DNA from: Lama guanicoe
Lineage: Eukaryota
Length of the DNA: 33,413 nt
Reading direction: 5' to 3'
Assembly (NCBI GenBank): GCA_013239625.1
Contig: MU053379.1
Location: forward strand, 4,861,575 to 4,894,987
Under the pieces are notes generated by a model. The model saw nothing but the letters and a program-made list of their open reading frames with translations. It did no database searches and was not told where the DNA came from. The position numbers and the translations under genes were made by a program. Of this stretch, positions 22,398 through 33,303 are shown one piece after another. The number at the start of each line of letters is the position of its first letter. The stretch's first letter is position 1.

Positions 22398-22660
22398 GGA
22401 AGTCTTTCTTTCTAAAAGCCTTTAAAATCTTCTCAAAATCCCAGCTTCCCAAATACATATAAAGAATAATACATGTAATATATTGACATGTATTGTAACA
22501 TATTATGTATTGTTTATATATATGGGAAGCTGGGACTATATATTACTTTATATGTGAATATACATTGTATGTTAATGTTACACTATTATACATTATATAT
22601 ATATTTGGGAAGCTGAGATTTTGAAAAAATATTAAAAGGCTTTTAGAAAGAAATACTTCC
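22398..22660. repeat. Long inverted repeat (58/59-bp arms) enclosing an AT-rich, internally palindromic spacer
   Basis: Left arm 22398-22455 versus the reverse complement of 22602-22660: 53/59 identical by manual alignment (5 mismatches, 1 gap). Confidence 0.93.
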
Positions 22661-23049
22661 TTGTTTCAGTCACTTTTCCAAACCAGAGTTTTGGGAGGAG
22701 CAGAATGTGTATGGTCCGGCTCCTGGAGTTTGTCCTGCCGGAGACGGGTCAGGCTGGACAGGGCGCTCAGGGGCCTGGACTCCCGGCCAGATCAGGGACA
22801 TGACCCTGTGGCACCTACATCGGCACCAGGGGAAGGGAGGGCAGCGCTGCGGCACAGGAGCGAACTGGGGTTGGTCCCCACTTCGGTCCCCGTAGAGCAG
22901 AGCCTGAGGCCACAGCGCAAAACACACCTGCAGGGAGCAGCAGGGAGGCAGGAAGCTGGGCACCTGACCAGGGGCTGGGGGCTCAGGTCCTCGGGGCTTC
23001 GTCTGGCCACGTGGCTTTCCGCCCCAGACGGAGCAACCCTCACGTGCCT

Positions 23050-24660
23050 GGGTCACACCATCTGGGTCCCGGGAAGTACCTGCACCCCCGCCGGGCACCC
23101 AGACGCGGGGACCCCGCCGCCAGATGGCGACGGAGCTCCAGGGAGAGATGCCGGCCGCGATCCTCCCGGGCCAGCGGTCCACAGAGCGCAGGGCCCGCGC
23201 CCTGGGCTCCGCGCGCACCGGACCGGCCTGGGTCTGGGCGTGATTCAGCCTCCGCCTCCTCCCGCCCACCTGCCCGCGGCCGATGTCAGCGGGGAGGCGA
23301 GGGGGGCGCCCCGGGCGCGGGCACCCGCGGGAGGCGCGCAGGTCAGGGGAGCCCTGCTCTCGTGCTGGCTGAGGCGCTCCCTGCTGCGTCGTCAGCAGTT
23401 CGGGGAGCGGGCTGTTGGACTGGCTAGGAGTCTGCGGCAGTCAGTGTCTACACCACAGAAATCAGGAGACACTGCAAAACGGGGGGGGGGGTTGTGGGTC
23501 CCCTCCGCTCCTCGCGGCTGGTTTACAGCACACCGCTGCTTGGACCCGTCAAAGGTCTGCACTCCTCAAACGAAATTAGGAGGGCTGTCCTGGCATCACC
23601 GCAAGACGCTGTGCTGTCCTGCGGCTGCAGTCTCAGGTCCACTCGACCCCGCGCGTAGGGTCCGCGGGGCAAGGCCTGGCCTCTCGGTTCTGACCGGCGA
23701 TGCGGGTCAGTTCCGTGCACGGACTTTAAGGAGCCGCTGGGCCAGGTTTTCGGGTGCTTGGAGTCCAGCGGCCCGGAGGCCATGGAACCCTCACGAGGGC
23801 GCCCTCCTGCAGGCCCCTCCCCCTCCCCAAGGCCCAGCCCCAGAGGGCCGTCAGGTGTCACTTCCCGTCAACACGGCATCTCTGCTCTGCATCAACAGTG
23901 AACAAAGACCCCTCGTCTGACGTTTTTCTGAGGACGGCCACTCGGCCTGGAAACCCGCGCCCGCACCGGGGACTGAAGGCTGGCTGCTGCGCGTGCGGCG
24001 CGGGAGCGGGTGAATCTCTGCCCTCAAAGGTCTTCGGGCGCCGGAACCTCAAAACAGCTCCGCGCGGGCAGGTGGCCCCACCTCCACCTGGCCCGGTGCT
24101 CGTGCGCTCGGCCGCGCGGCGCGGCCGGCGGCCCGGGGGGCGGGGCGGGGCGGGGCGGGGCCTGAGGTCGGGGGCTTCTGAGAAAGGAGTCGCCCCGGCC
24201 CGCCGCTGCTGCCGGCGTGCGGCCGCTGCGCGTCCGGAGGCCCTTCGCCCGCTGTGCCCCCGGAGCCCCGGCAGCGGTCGGAGCTCTGGCCGCATGGCCG
24301 CCGGCGGGATGCTCTCTAGCATTTCCTGCTCGGGCGCCCCTCCCCCGGCGCCGCCCCGCTTGGCCCCTTCACCGTCACCCCGCCTTAGCTATCGCCGCGC
24401 GAGACCCTTCAAAACTTAGGGGCTGAAGCCACAATGACGGACGTGAGCTGGGGCTCGGCCGGGCAGGGCGCCCCCCAGGCCGCTCCCCGGGGCGGGGGCC
24501 TCCGCCCCAGGAGGGAGGACCCGGCTGGGAGCGGCGGGCGCCAGGCTCTCCCCGCGTGACCGCCCCTTGGCCAGCTCCAGCTTCCTGGGCAGCGTGGTGG
24601 CCTCAGGCCGCCGGGGCCGCACGTGGCAGCTGGCTTCCCCGAGGCGGCGTTCCAGGAAGA
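23050..24660. promoter_or_regulatory. CpG island (two dense cores, about 23080-23420 and about 23940-24660) with a tandem GC-box array
   Basis: Very high GC and CpG density (for example cggccgcgcggcgcggccggcggccc). GGGGGG(CGGGG)4 at 24135-24160 gives overlapping Sp/KLF sites. No transposon similarity noticed. Confidence 0.75.
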
Positions 24661-25719
24661 CGGACCCCAGTGTGCAGGCCCTGCGCTCACACTTGCTGAT
24701 ACCCCTCCCTGAACAGTCGCATGGCCAAGCCCGGGTCAGCGGGGAGTGGCGACACCAGGCAGGGTGGGCACGGGCGGGGGCCGGCCTCTGACCCTGGCGC
24801 CCTCACTCCCCGGTCTCAAGACCAGCTCCCCTGGGAAGCAGCTCACCCGGGAGCTCACCTAGGGAGGCTTGGATCTTGGCAGTTACCGCCCAGAACTGCG
24901 TGCGGCTTCACGCGAACGTTTTAAACAGTTCGTTAGAAGTTCAGGAGCTTTCACTGTCTTGCAAGATCTGCTTGCGTAAGTCATTATCCTGAAAATTAAT
25001 TAATTCTTTCAGTCAGATTTTTAATGGAGGACGCATTTAATTCTTTGTATAGTATGACAAATTTCTGCTAAAGACTGACAGCTGTGGGCATTAACCACCG
25101 TTCTCATTTCAGAAACCACCCTGCCAACCCAGTTTTACTATTTTGTGGTAAAGGGATGGGTTAGAATCACCACTGGAAAAAAGAGAACTTTGGGCCACAA
25201 GCCCGGAGTGTTGCTGCCAACAGCATCTGACCAGCAGGACGCACAGGTCATCGCAGCAGTCAGGACACGCGCCTTGACTGACATCTCAAGCTCTCCCTGT
25301 GTCCAGGGCTGTTGATAAGCACGGGAAGTCTCTTTGGCATTTTCCATGAAACTCTTTTTTCCCCCTTTTTTTTTCATTAGAAAATGACAAAAGCATGGTA
25401 AAAAAAAAAAAATCAGCCAGACGGTTGTGTGGTGAAAAATTAGCCTCTTTCCTCCTGCTGCATGGCCCCCGCGCCAACGCTCGGTTCTCCAGAGTCGGGC
25501 CCCGGGGGCCGGGGAAACAACGGCGCATCATGTTCACACGTACGCAGTTCACGGCCGCGGCAGCACCCGGTAGACCTGCCCCTGCCCCTGCCCTGTTCCC
25601 TCAGCCTCCAGGGCACCCTGGACACTGCTCCCGCCCGGGTCAGCTCTCACCCAGGGGGAGCTTCTTGGAGTAATCCAACAGCGTCTCAGCTGGGATCTGG
25701 CTGGTAACTGGGTCTTCCG

Positions 25720-26100
25720 CAATTAGTCGCCTGGTCCACATGAGTTTTCAGATTTATTTACATAGAGTTAAGCAAGGTATTCCTTCTGAATGTGAACTTT
25801 TTTCTGTATCTGGGGTTTCTCCCGCTTTCTCATTTGAACTGTCTTCTGAGGCTGAGTTTCTGGTGTGCCCGTGTGTGAGCCTACGTGTCCGCGTAGTGCA
25901 GACGTGCACTCGGAGCTTCTGAGTACACACCCACGTGTGTGTCTCAAGTCGGCCGAAGATTACTTTTTCCTCATTTTCTGTTTTCAAATTCATCAGTTCC
26001 TGCCTTTATGGAACTTAATTTCCTCTCTCGCCTCTTCTAAGGCTAATTTTGTTGGGGTTTTTTTCTCTTTGCCCAAACTGAACGCTCACTTATTTTTCTT
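25720..26100 (-). mobile_element. Old L1M ORF2 fragment
   Basis: gagttttcagatttatttacatagagtt...gtattcc...ttctgtatctggggtttctcccgctttctcattt matches antisense L1 aagttttcaaatttattggcatagagttg...tctgtatctgtggttatttcccccttgtcattt. Confidence 0.6.
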
Positions 26101-26109
26101 CGCACTTGT

Positions 26110-26520
26110 CAACAGTTCACCAGGGAAGCACCTCGTTCTGGGTTTTCTTGGTGGGACGCTCTTTTATGACCAGCTCAACCTCTCGTCATAAATGTATTCA
26201 GACCTTCTGTTCCCTGCGGAGTCGGTCTAGGCATCTGCACCCACTGCACGAGGGCCGCCTGCCGTGCTGCCCCGCAGCTCCCCACGGCCGCCCACGGCCC
26301 TTCTCACTCTGCGTGGCCCCTGATGTTGTCCCCTATTCAGGCCTGATTTCGTCATTTGAGTCTCTCCTCCCTTTGGGATCAGCCTGCCTAAGGTGTGTCA
26401 GTTTTGTCCATCTTTTCAAAGAGCACTCTCTGGTTTCTCTGTCCTCTGCCTCGCGCATTTCCACTGTCTTTGTGGCTTGCTTCCTGCCGCTGCTGCGAGG
26501 CCAGGGCTCGGCTCGGCCTG
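26110..26520 (-). mobile_element. Second L1M ORF2 fragment, partly GC-shifted
   Basis: agttcaccagggaagc...tgggttttcttggtggga; tattcagaccttctgttccctgcggagtcggt; ctgatttcgtcatttgagtct...gatcagcctgcctaaggtgtgtcagttttgtccatcttttcaaagagc are colinear with antisense L1 ORF2. Confidence 0.75.
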
Positions 26521-27557
26521 GTCATTAACGTGGGTGATGAAGGTGCTGACTTCAGCCACTTCCTCCCAGGGTTTGGAATTGCTTCGTTCCCGTGACCAGA
26601 GGTCTCGGTCTTGAAACGCTCTTCCTGACTGCGTTTTCATCTTGATGACTGTTGACAGTCTTCAGCAATTCAAGCTAATGGAGCAGAAACTTTGATGCTG
26701 TGTTAGACATAAACAGTGAGCTTGTGCTGGGAGGGCCTCTGTGAGGGGACCAGCTCCGTGGCTGTTTCTCTGCTTCCGGGGGAGCTGCCCCATCTGCCCC
26801 AATCCAGGGGGCCGGGGGGCGCAGCAGGCAGGCTCCCCTGTCGCGTTTCACGTCCGTGCGAATCCTCTGTGCTGGGGGCCTGCGACTGTCTGTTCAGCTG
26901 GGGCCTCGCTGTGGGCGGGTGGAGCTCATCGCTGGCTTTAGGGTAGATCCGGCACCCCTTTGGTTCTCGGTGTTCTTTGTTGCACCTGTAAGCACCAGGG
27001 ATCTGTGCCCATGTCTGAGAGAGACCGAGGCCTTCCCACACCAGTGTCACCAGGTCTGGGCCACCTCTGAGTGACCACAGTTACACCTCCCTTTGACTTT
27101 GCTGAAAGCCGAAACCGGGAAACTTCTGCCTTCGGGAGGAATTTGTCACCCAGACATTAAAATCATCCTTATGCCGTCTCCGGAAAGCCCGCCCAGAGGC
27201 CCCATGACAAGTTTCCTGGGGACCATCGGACCTGCCCTGCTTGATTCAACGCCCTCAGAGAGAGAGTTAGACTATTTTATCATAGGTTTAAATCCATCTT
27301 TGTTACGACCTTGAGACTGAGGCTTAGCCAACCCAAGTGATGCGGCCACCACCCACACGTGCTTAGAAAGCCAGGCATTGCGGCCTCAATGAGCTCAAGG
27401 AACTGCCGGACAGGACGTCCTCCAGGGTGACATCCTAGGACGCTTCTCAACTCAGGCTAACGTGTGAATGTGTGTTTCAGGAAATACTATGAAAACCACT
27501 GAGAAATAAATTGTGAACAGTATTAGAAAGACTGCTAAAAGCAATCAAAATTAAAAT

Positions 27558-28380
27558 GATAATATCTAACAAAGAATTGGTATCCAAACTATAGAGAGAA
27601 CCAAAACTCAACAAAGACGGCCTGATTCAGAAATGGCCATGTCTCCAAAGATACACTAATGGCGCATAAGCACACGAAACGACGCCCAACACCACTGGCC
27701 CATGAGGTGTCAACTCACATCCTGAGAATGGCTACGACCAAAGAAACAGAACCAGCGCTGTGGGCACGCGGAGGAACTGCAATCCATGTGCACGCTGGCT
27801 GGGATGTGGAACCTACAGCTGCAAGAAAACAGGAGCGGGTTTCCTCAGAAAATTAAAAACAGAAGTGTCCCACGATCCAGCAGTCCTGCCCCAAAGCCCT
27901 GAAGTCTCCTAGAGTCCCTACAGATACACCGTGTCCCCGAGCACGTCCCTCACACGAGCTGGAGCGTGGAGGCAGCCCACATGTCCACGGACGGGCAAGC
28001 GGACACACAACACGTGGTCTGTACCGACGGCGACTATTACTCAGCCTCGAAAAGAAGGAAAGTCTGCAACACACTTCCAGGCCTGTGACTTGTGGGGACG
28101 TCCTGCCGAGTGAAATCAGTCACAGAAGGACCTTCACCCCAATGAGGTGCCCAGAGTCGCCAGAACCCCAGCCACGGAAGGTCAGGTGGCAGTGGCCAGG
28201 GGCAGGGTGGGGGCTGGGGGCCCCTGTGCAGTGGGTGCCGAGCTCAGCTTTGCAAGATGAGAAGAGCTCCGGGGGCAGGCGGGGGTGATGGCTGTACGAC
28301 AGGGAAGTGCTGGGCGCCACTGCACTTAAAAGGGTGAAGACGATAAATTCTACCTTGTGCACATTTTACCACAATAAAAA
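27558..28380 (+). mobile_element. L1MB-like 3' end (ORF2 C-terminus plus 3' UTR with poly(A) signal)
   Basis: atatctaacaaagaattggtatcc; ggtttcctcagaaaattaaaaacagaa; cacgatccagcagtcc; actattactcagcctcgaaaagaaggaaa; cagctttgcaagatgagaagagctc; ends cacttaaaagggtgaagacgataaattctaccttgtgcacattttaccacaataaaaa. Confidence 0.88.
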
Positions 28381-29677
28381 CATGCATATTTTAGGGATAA
28401 TTTATAATATGTTGAAAGCATATTTTAAACCAATGTAAAAACTAATACAACTAATTCATGTTTATTTTATAGCAGGTCGTGAAGACAAGACAAATCTAAA
28501 GGCTGTTTCTCCTACTGAATCTGTCATGTGCAATGTCATAATGTCACATGTAGGAAGAATCATTATTTATGAAATAAAACGAGTGATAAAAGCCTTCAGA
28601 ATAATTCAGAAGCTTCTGCCAAAATCATAAATAGCCTTACCCACTTTATGAGACATAATGACCCAAGTTTTATTTTATATTTAATAAAAACAGAAGGTGA
28701 AAGTGTTAGAAATCTAAGGGGCTGGTGGTTGCTTAAAACTGTATTTTTTGTTAGAATAAGAAGTAGTAAATTGAGTAAATATTGTTTTGATAAAGATGAG
28801 GATTGACTATAATTTGAATAAATATTTCACTCCGGGGCTTCCCAGCAAAGGGGAGATGAGGGTCAGTGGGCGCTGGTGGGAGTGGGGCAGGGGCCGGGCG
28901 TGTGTCCGGATGGAACACGAGTGTGAGGACACTGAGGGTGGGGAAGTCTCTCCCTGTGCCTGTGTGGCCCCGGCTGAGATCCCACCTGCTGCTTATCCCC
29001 AGACCAGCGCTGCGTCCAGCTCCCTCTGGCCCACCACACTCCCCAACTCTCAGCCAAGGCCAGCCAGCATCCCAAGTCATCACTGTGCGTCAGCAAGTCC
29101 CCACGTGCTGAGCGGCCAAGGCCACCCCCCACCCCGCCGTGGGCTGGTCTGAGCTTGGGACCGGGCCACCTCAGCTCTGGGGAAGAGAGGCGGGCAACCC
29201 CGCCTGGCAGGATAAGCTCCAGCCCACAGACAGGCCTCGAGTCCCTGGGGAGGCTAGGCGAACACCCCCGCCTCCCGGAAGCCGCTCAGCGCCCAGGACG
29301 CCTCCGTCTTGCCACCACGCAGCCCCACGCTCGTCAAACTGCCGTCTTCTGGTTAATCACTCACAAACTTTAATATCCACTGGTATTTGCTATCTGTTAA
29401 TTGAATAATTAGGTATAATTAGTAACTCATGCATTCGCATCATTGTGACATTATAGGTGTCAGGAGGATGTAAGTTAATTAGAGGTTAATGTTTTTGGCT
29501 CCAAATCAGATGCTTAAGTTGTGTGTTGGGCTCTTGCCAGCTGGGGAAGCATGAACTGAGCCCCTTTGATTAATTGTGCAGTGTTTCTGGGGTCTGGGAA
29601 AGCAGACTCAAAATCGACTGATGTCTAGGGATTTGGTGGTTTAAGAGAAGTTCCCAGAAAACCACAGTGATGTTGTG

Positions 29678-29790
29678 TATCAGCATTTACTGAAATCCTC
29701 CCTCATGTGGGACATGAGCAGCCACCACGGGGACACAAAAACGAGTCGGGTGCAGACCCCGGCCCCTGCCTGCAGCCAGGGAGGTAAAAT
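29678..29790 (-). mobile_element. Possible L2 fragment
   Basis: cagcatttactgaa...ggggacacaaaaacgagtcgggtgcagaccccggcccc resembles the antisense L2 tail (gcatttattgag...ggggatacaaagatgaataagacacagtccctgccc). Confidence 0.4.
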
Positions 29791-30049
29791 CAGCCTGCAC
29801 TCAGGTCCCCGCAGGAGGAAGAAAAGAGAGACCGTGGCCACGGCCAGGAGGCTGAGCTGCCCCAGAGTCCCGGCACCTGCCCTCAGGGGATGGCGGCTCT
29901 TTCATAAAGGTGACCCGTTAATAAACCACTGATTTCCTGAATGAAACTTCAGGTCAGGAAAAGAAACTCTTTGTCAAGGCATCAGGCATGATTTCAGACT
30001 TAGAAAACACGGGCTGTGGGAACTGGAAGAAGGGTGAGGTCGCTCAGCC

Positions 30050-30330
30050 TGAGCAGGTTAGAACCCATTCAACTGCAAACAAGGGAGCCCCAGTCTGGGC
30101 TTAAACAGAAAGGAAAAAAGGTGCTACTGATGCAGCTCTGAAAACCCCAGGGGTGGACATCAGGCATGGCTGCCTCCAGGAACTCAGTGTCCCCAGGAAG
30201 CTCTTTCTGTCTTTTCCATTTCTGGATGGGAAGGGTTACAGTTCCGTCCGTGTTGGCGCTTTCTCAGCCAGGCTCGCCCCACGAACGGCAGACTGACCGG
30301 CTTTAACTTGCTGCCCCTTTGTCTGCTCCA
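30050..30330 (-). mobile_element. MaLR solo LTR relic (MLT1J/K/L-like)
   Basis: attcaactgcaaacaag...tgggcttaaacagaaagg...ctgaaaaccccaggggtggacatcaggcatggctgcctccaggaactca...gtgttggcgctttctcagccaggctc follows the remembered antisense MLT1K consensus. Confidence 0.65.
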
Positions 30331-30364
30331 GGCACAGCAGTCACAGGGATGCAGGAACAGCCGA

Positions 30365-30510
30365 CATGTTCTCAGAGTTCACTGTGTGCCAGGCAGCAAC
30401 CTAGATGCTCCGTGGGGACTGACTCCCTTGATCGTCTACAGCCCCTAGCGGGAGATTAGTAATCACCACCCCATTAACAGGGGGAAACTGACCGCCGAGA
30501 TAATTCAGCC
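30365..30510 (-). mobile_element. MIR SINE
   Basis: gagttcactgtgtgccaggca...taatcaccaccccattaacaggggggaaactgac matches antisense MIR (tactatgtgccaggca...attatccccattttacagatgaggaaactgag). Confidence 0.65.
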
Positions 30511-31439
30511 GCGGAGAGAGACGCGGCCAAAGAGAAGGCCTCCTTCGGGGCAGATCCAGCCGAAGTCCCAGGACTCGTCGTTGGCCGAGGCTGAGAGCCG
30601 GGGAGGGGACGATCCTAAAGGAAACGTCCAGGCACCGACACCAGACAGGACAGAGGGCAAGCTGGGCCCACGAGGGAGGGACCCTGCAGTTGGGGACTGT
30701 GACATAAACAAAGTGAAACTCCAGGTGGCGGGGAAAGTCTCGGAGAAGGGGCGGCAGCAGAGTGAAGACCCAAGTTACCAACATTAGAGCCCCGCATCTG
30801 AGCCCCGGAGAAGCCGGCCCCCATCCGCAAGGGCCTGGGGGGCTGGGCGGTGCTGTCCGGCCTGTGAACGCTGCTGGGGGGAGGGGGTGGGGGCGCCTTC
30901 AGCAGCTGGTGAGCCCTGAAGGAGAGTCATCCATGCGTCAGCATCTCGCTGGGTTCCCTAAACCTCGGACACGGACTGTGCAGCAAACACAGGCACCGCC
31001 TCTCCGGACTGAGCCCGTGGTCGTCTGTGTCCAGGCCCAGGTTCAGAGAAGGCCGCCGCCCTTGCCCGTTTCCGTGCAGACTCCGGCCTACCCGCCAGGA
31101 CTCTGGGGCCGGGGGCATGGGTGGGCCTGGGCGGGGAGGGCTTTAAACCCGGGGGTGTCCGTCTCCCACGGAACTTCCCCATGGAAGCTGGCCTGCCAGG
31201 CTAAGCGCCAGGGCGGGCCCACGGCAGGAACAAAGGAGCGGGGGACTCGAGCAGGTCTGCAGTGAGCACCCCAGGCGGGTGGTGGGGAGGGCGGGGCTCA
31301 CTGTTTATAACTGCTGATTAACCATCCCATTAGGAAGGATGGCCTGAACAGCCAGCTCACCTCCCCCTCCCACGTTCCAGTAAATGACACAAAGAGAATG
31401 AAAAAGATGTAAGGTCACCACTAGTAGAAGAAACGTGGG

Positions 31440-31870
31440 TTTAGTCTCTGGAGAAATGACTGAAGAAAAGGACATGCAGGTTCGGGGGCTGGGCACCCTC
31501 CACACACCCCCAAGTAAGTAATAACTTTGAGGCATTTACACCGAGCCATGTGGAAGCCCACACGTGTCATGATTCTAGGGCAAAGAAGGGCGCTAAGAGC
31601 TTCAGAGAGGAAAAGGGAACGAGGTCCACACGGAAGGCCGCCTCCCAGCGCCGTCAGAGCCTCCGCAGACCACAGAGGGAGACCGCATCTAACCTGGATT
31701 CCAGCTCCCGGAAGCTGCAGTGATCAGAGAAGCTCAGAGCGCGTGTGCCCTGCAAAGGCGCAGAGCGCCCGCGTCCGGGGCCACCTTTCCAGGAAAGTTA
31801 GTGGAGCACAACCTCCAGGGAAATGAGGGCGAAAACCAAGAAAGGGACCAAGAAAGGGATGGGTGGAAAC
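31440..31870 (+). mobile_element. HAL1 (ORF1-only L1 derivative) relic
   Basis: agggcaaagaagggcgctaagagcttcagagagg; tctaacctggattcc; cacctttccaggaaagttagtggagcacaacctccagggaaatgagggcgaaaaccaagaaagg match HAL1 (gggataaagagaagatcctaaaagcttccagagag; caccctttctcaggaagctactggaggatgtgctccaccaaaacgagggagtaaaccaagaaag). Confidence 0.65.
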
Positions 31871-32689
31871 ACGGGGGCGGAAGAGGGGAGGGGACCCCGG
31901 GCCTGAGCGCTCACCTGCAGAAGCAAACACAGGTTATGGGTCCAGAGGTGCCCCCTCTGCCTGAGCCCCAGGCCCCTGGACAGCCAAGCTCAGCCCTGCC
32001 ATCCGGTCACATCTTGTCACCGCCCCCTTCAGCTGCTCCCCAAACTGGCTGCCTTCCAGCCTCGTCCACTCCTCCCTGTACTGGAGGACCCTTGTGTCCA
32101 GCCCCGGAGGCGCTGGCAGACCTCATGGTTAGGGTGTCCCCTGTGGCAGCCGTCCTTCTCCATGGCAACAGCCCCTCCCCCTCCCCCCCGGAAATGAGCG
32201 TTTCAAATAAAGCCTCACCTTTCCAACGTCAGGAGTTTGGCATCACTTGTCTTTACGGAAACTCAAAGGCAGGCGGGGCGGTAGGAGCGCTTTTCGGTGG
32301 GAGAGAGGGAAGGTGTCAGGTCTGGTTGGACTGGAGGTGGTCGGCCCGGAGGGGCAGGAGGAGTGGGCCTCCCTGTGGTTGTTCCGGGTCATGTTTGTGT
32401 TTCTCAGGCTGGTCCCTAGCTGGACACAGAGACAGTTATGACAGTTCTGAGCGTCCTGGGCCGAGTCCTGCAGAGGCCGTGGGTGGCGTCCGGGCTGCTC
32501 ACCGCAGAGCGTGGGTCAGAGCTCTCCAGTCATGGACGGTCTGGCCTTGTCCGTCTGAGCCCCGCCCCGCCCCATCCCCACGGCCGCCGCGCTCCCAGAG
32601 AGTCCTGTGCCCTCGGCTGAGTCAACAAGGAATCCTGCCTGCGTCCGCGGTGCCAGAGTCGGCCCGAGCCGGGTGGGCCCCCGAGCGGA

Positions 32690-32775
32690 TGTGTGTGTGA
32701 GTATGTGAGTGAGTGTGGGCGGGCGGTGTATCTGTGCATGTGTGTGTGCGTGTGTGGGGGGGTGTGTGCACACAC
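32690..32775. repeat. Degenerate (TG)n microsatellite
   Basis: tgtgtgtgtgagtatgtgagtgagtgtg...tgtgcatgtgtgtgtgcgtgtgtg...gtgtgtgcacacac. Confidence 0.85.
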
Positions 32776-33262
32776 TCCTGTCCGCCAAACCCACGCTCAG
32801 CCCCGTGCGGGCAAACACCAAACGAGGCTCCGTGCACAGAAGCTGAAGGACAGCAAGGACCCTCCCCGGTCCCCGCGCAGGGATGCCAGGCCCACACCAA
32901 CCACGGCGACCCCACCAGCCCCAGCCCCGCCTCGTCCTCCAACCACGGCCTCTGCTCTCGGTACTTACTTCAGTCCTGTGCACTGAAGCCCCGCCGGTGT
33001 CCTTATAAAGCCACGTGCAAACAGCCCTCACCAGGCCCCCAGACCACAGGGTCCCGGGAGGGGAGATGAACCCACTCCCCAGCTGCCTCGGCCACAGCAG
33101 GGCCTCGGTCCCTCCTGGGCCGTGAGCGCCGGGGGCAGCGCACCCCCCGCCCCGCGCCCTCCCGGGTGCCCAGCGGCTGCTAGGCTGGCATTTGGTGCTG
33201 GGTCTCACACGGCTCCTCCAAGACACAGGAAGGAAGCCAGCCTCGGGCGTGGGGGTGGAGGT

Positions 33263-33303
33263 CCCCTCCCCTCCTCTCCCCCTCCCCCCTTCCCCCTCCC
33301 CCC
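33263..33303. repeat. C-rich polypyrimidine tract (G-quadruplex potential on the - strand)
   Basis: Uninterrupted C/T tract with several runs of 4 or more C. Confidence 0.7.

Noticed and set aside
22661..23920. 419-aa ORF (and overlapping 221-aa ORF at 23754-24419)
   Set aside because: Low-complexity A/G/P/R-rich translation across a CpG island, non-ATG start, no recognisable domain. Explained by stop-codon depletion in very GC-rich DNA.
25355..25412. T-run/A-run pair with a small hairpin (tcatt-agaa-aatga)
   Set aside because: Low-complexity homopolymers give trivial complementarity; no TSD or retrocopy body recognised.
31720..32700. 326-aa ORF
   Set aside because: Begins inside a HAL1 relic and runs into a TG microsatellite; no coherent domain.
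33004..33017. TATAAAG plus CACGTG as a promoter of the next gene (for example CST7)
   Set aside because: No cystatin-F signal-peptide exon or convincing first exon follows within the window; isolated motifs are insufficient.
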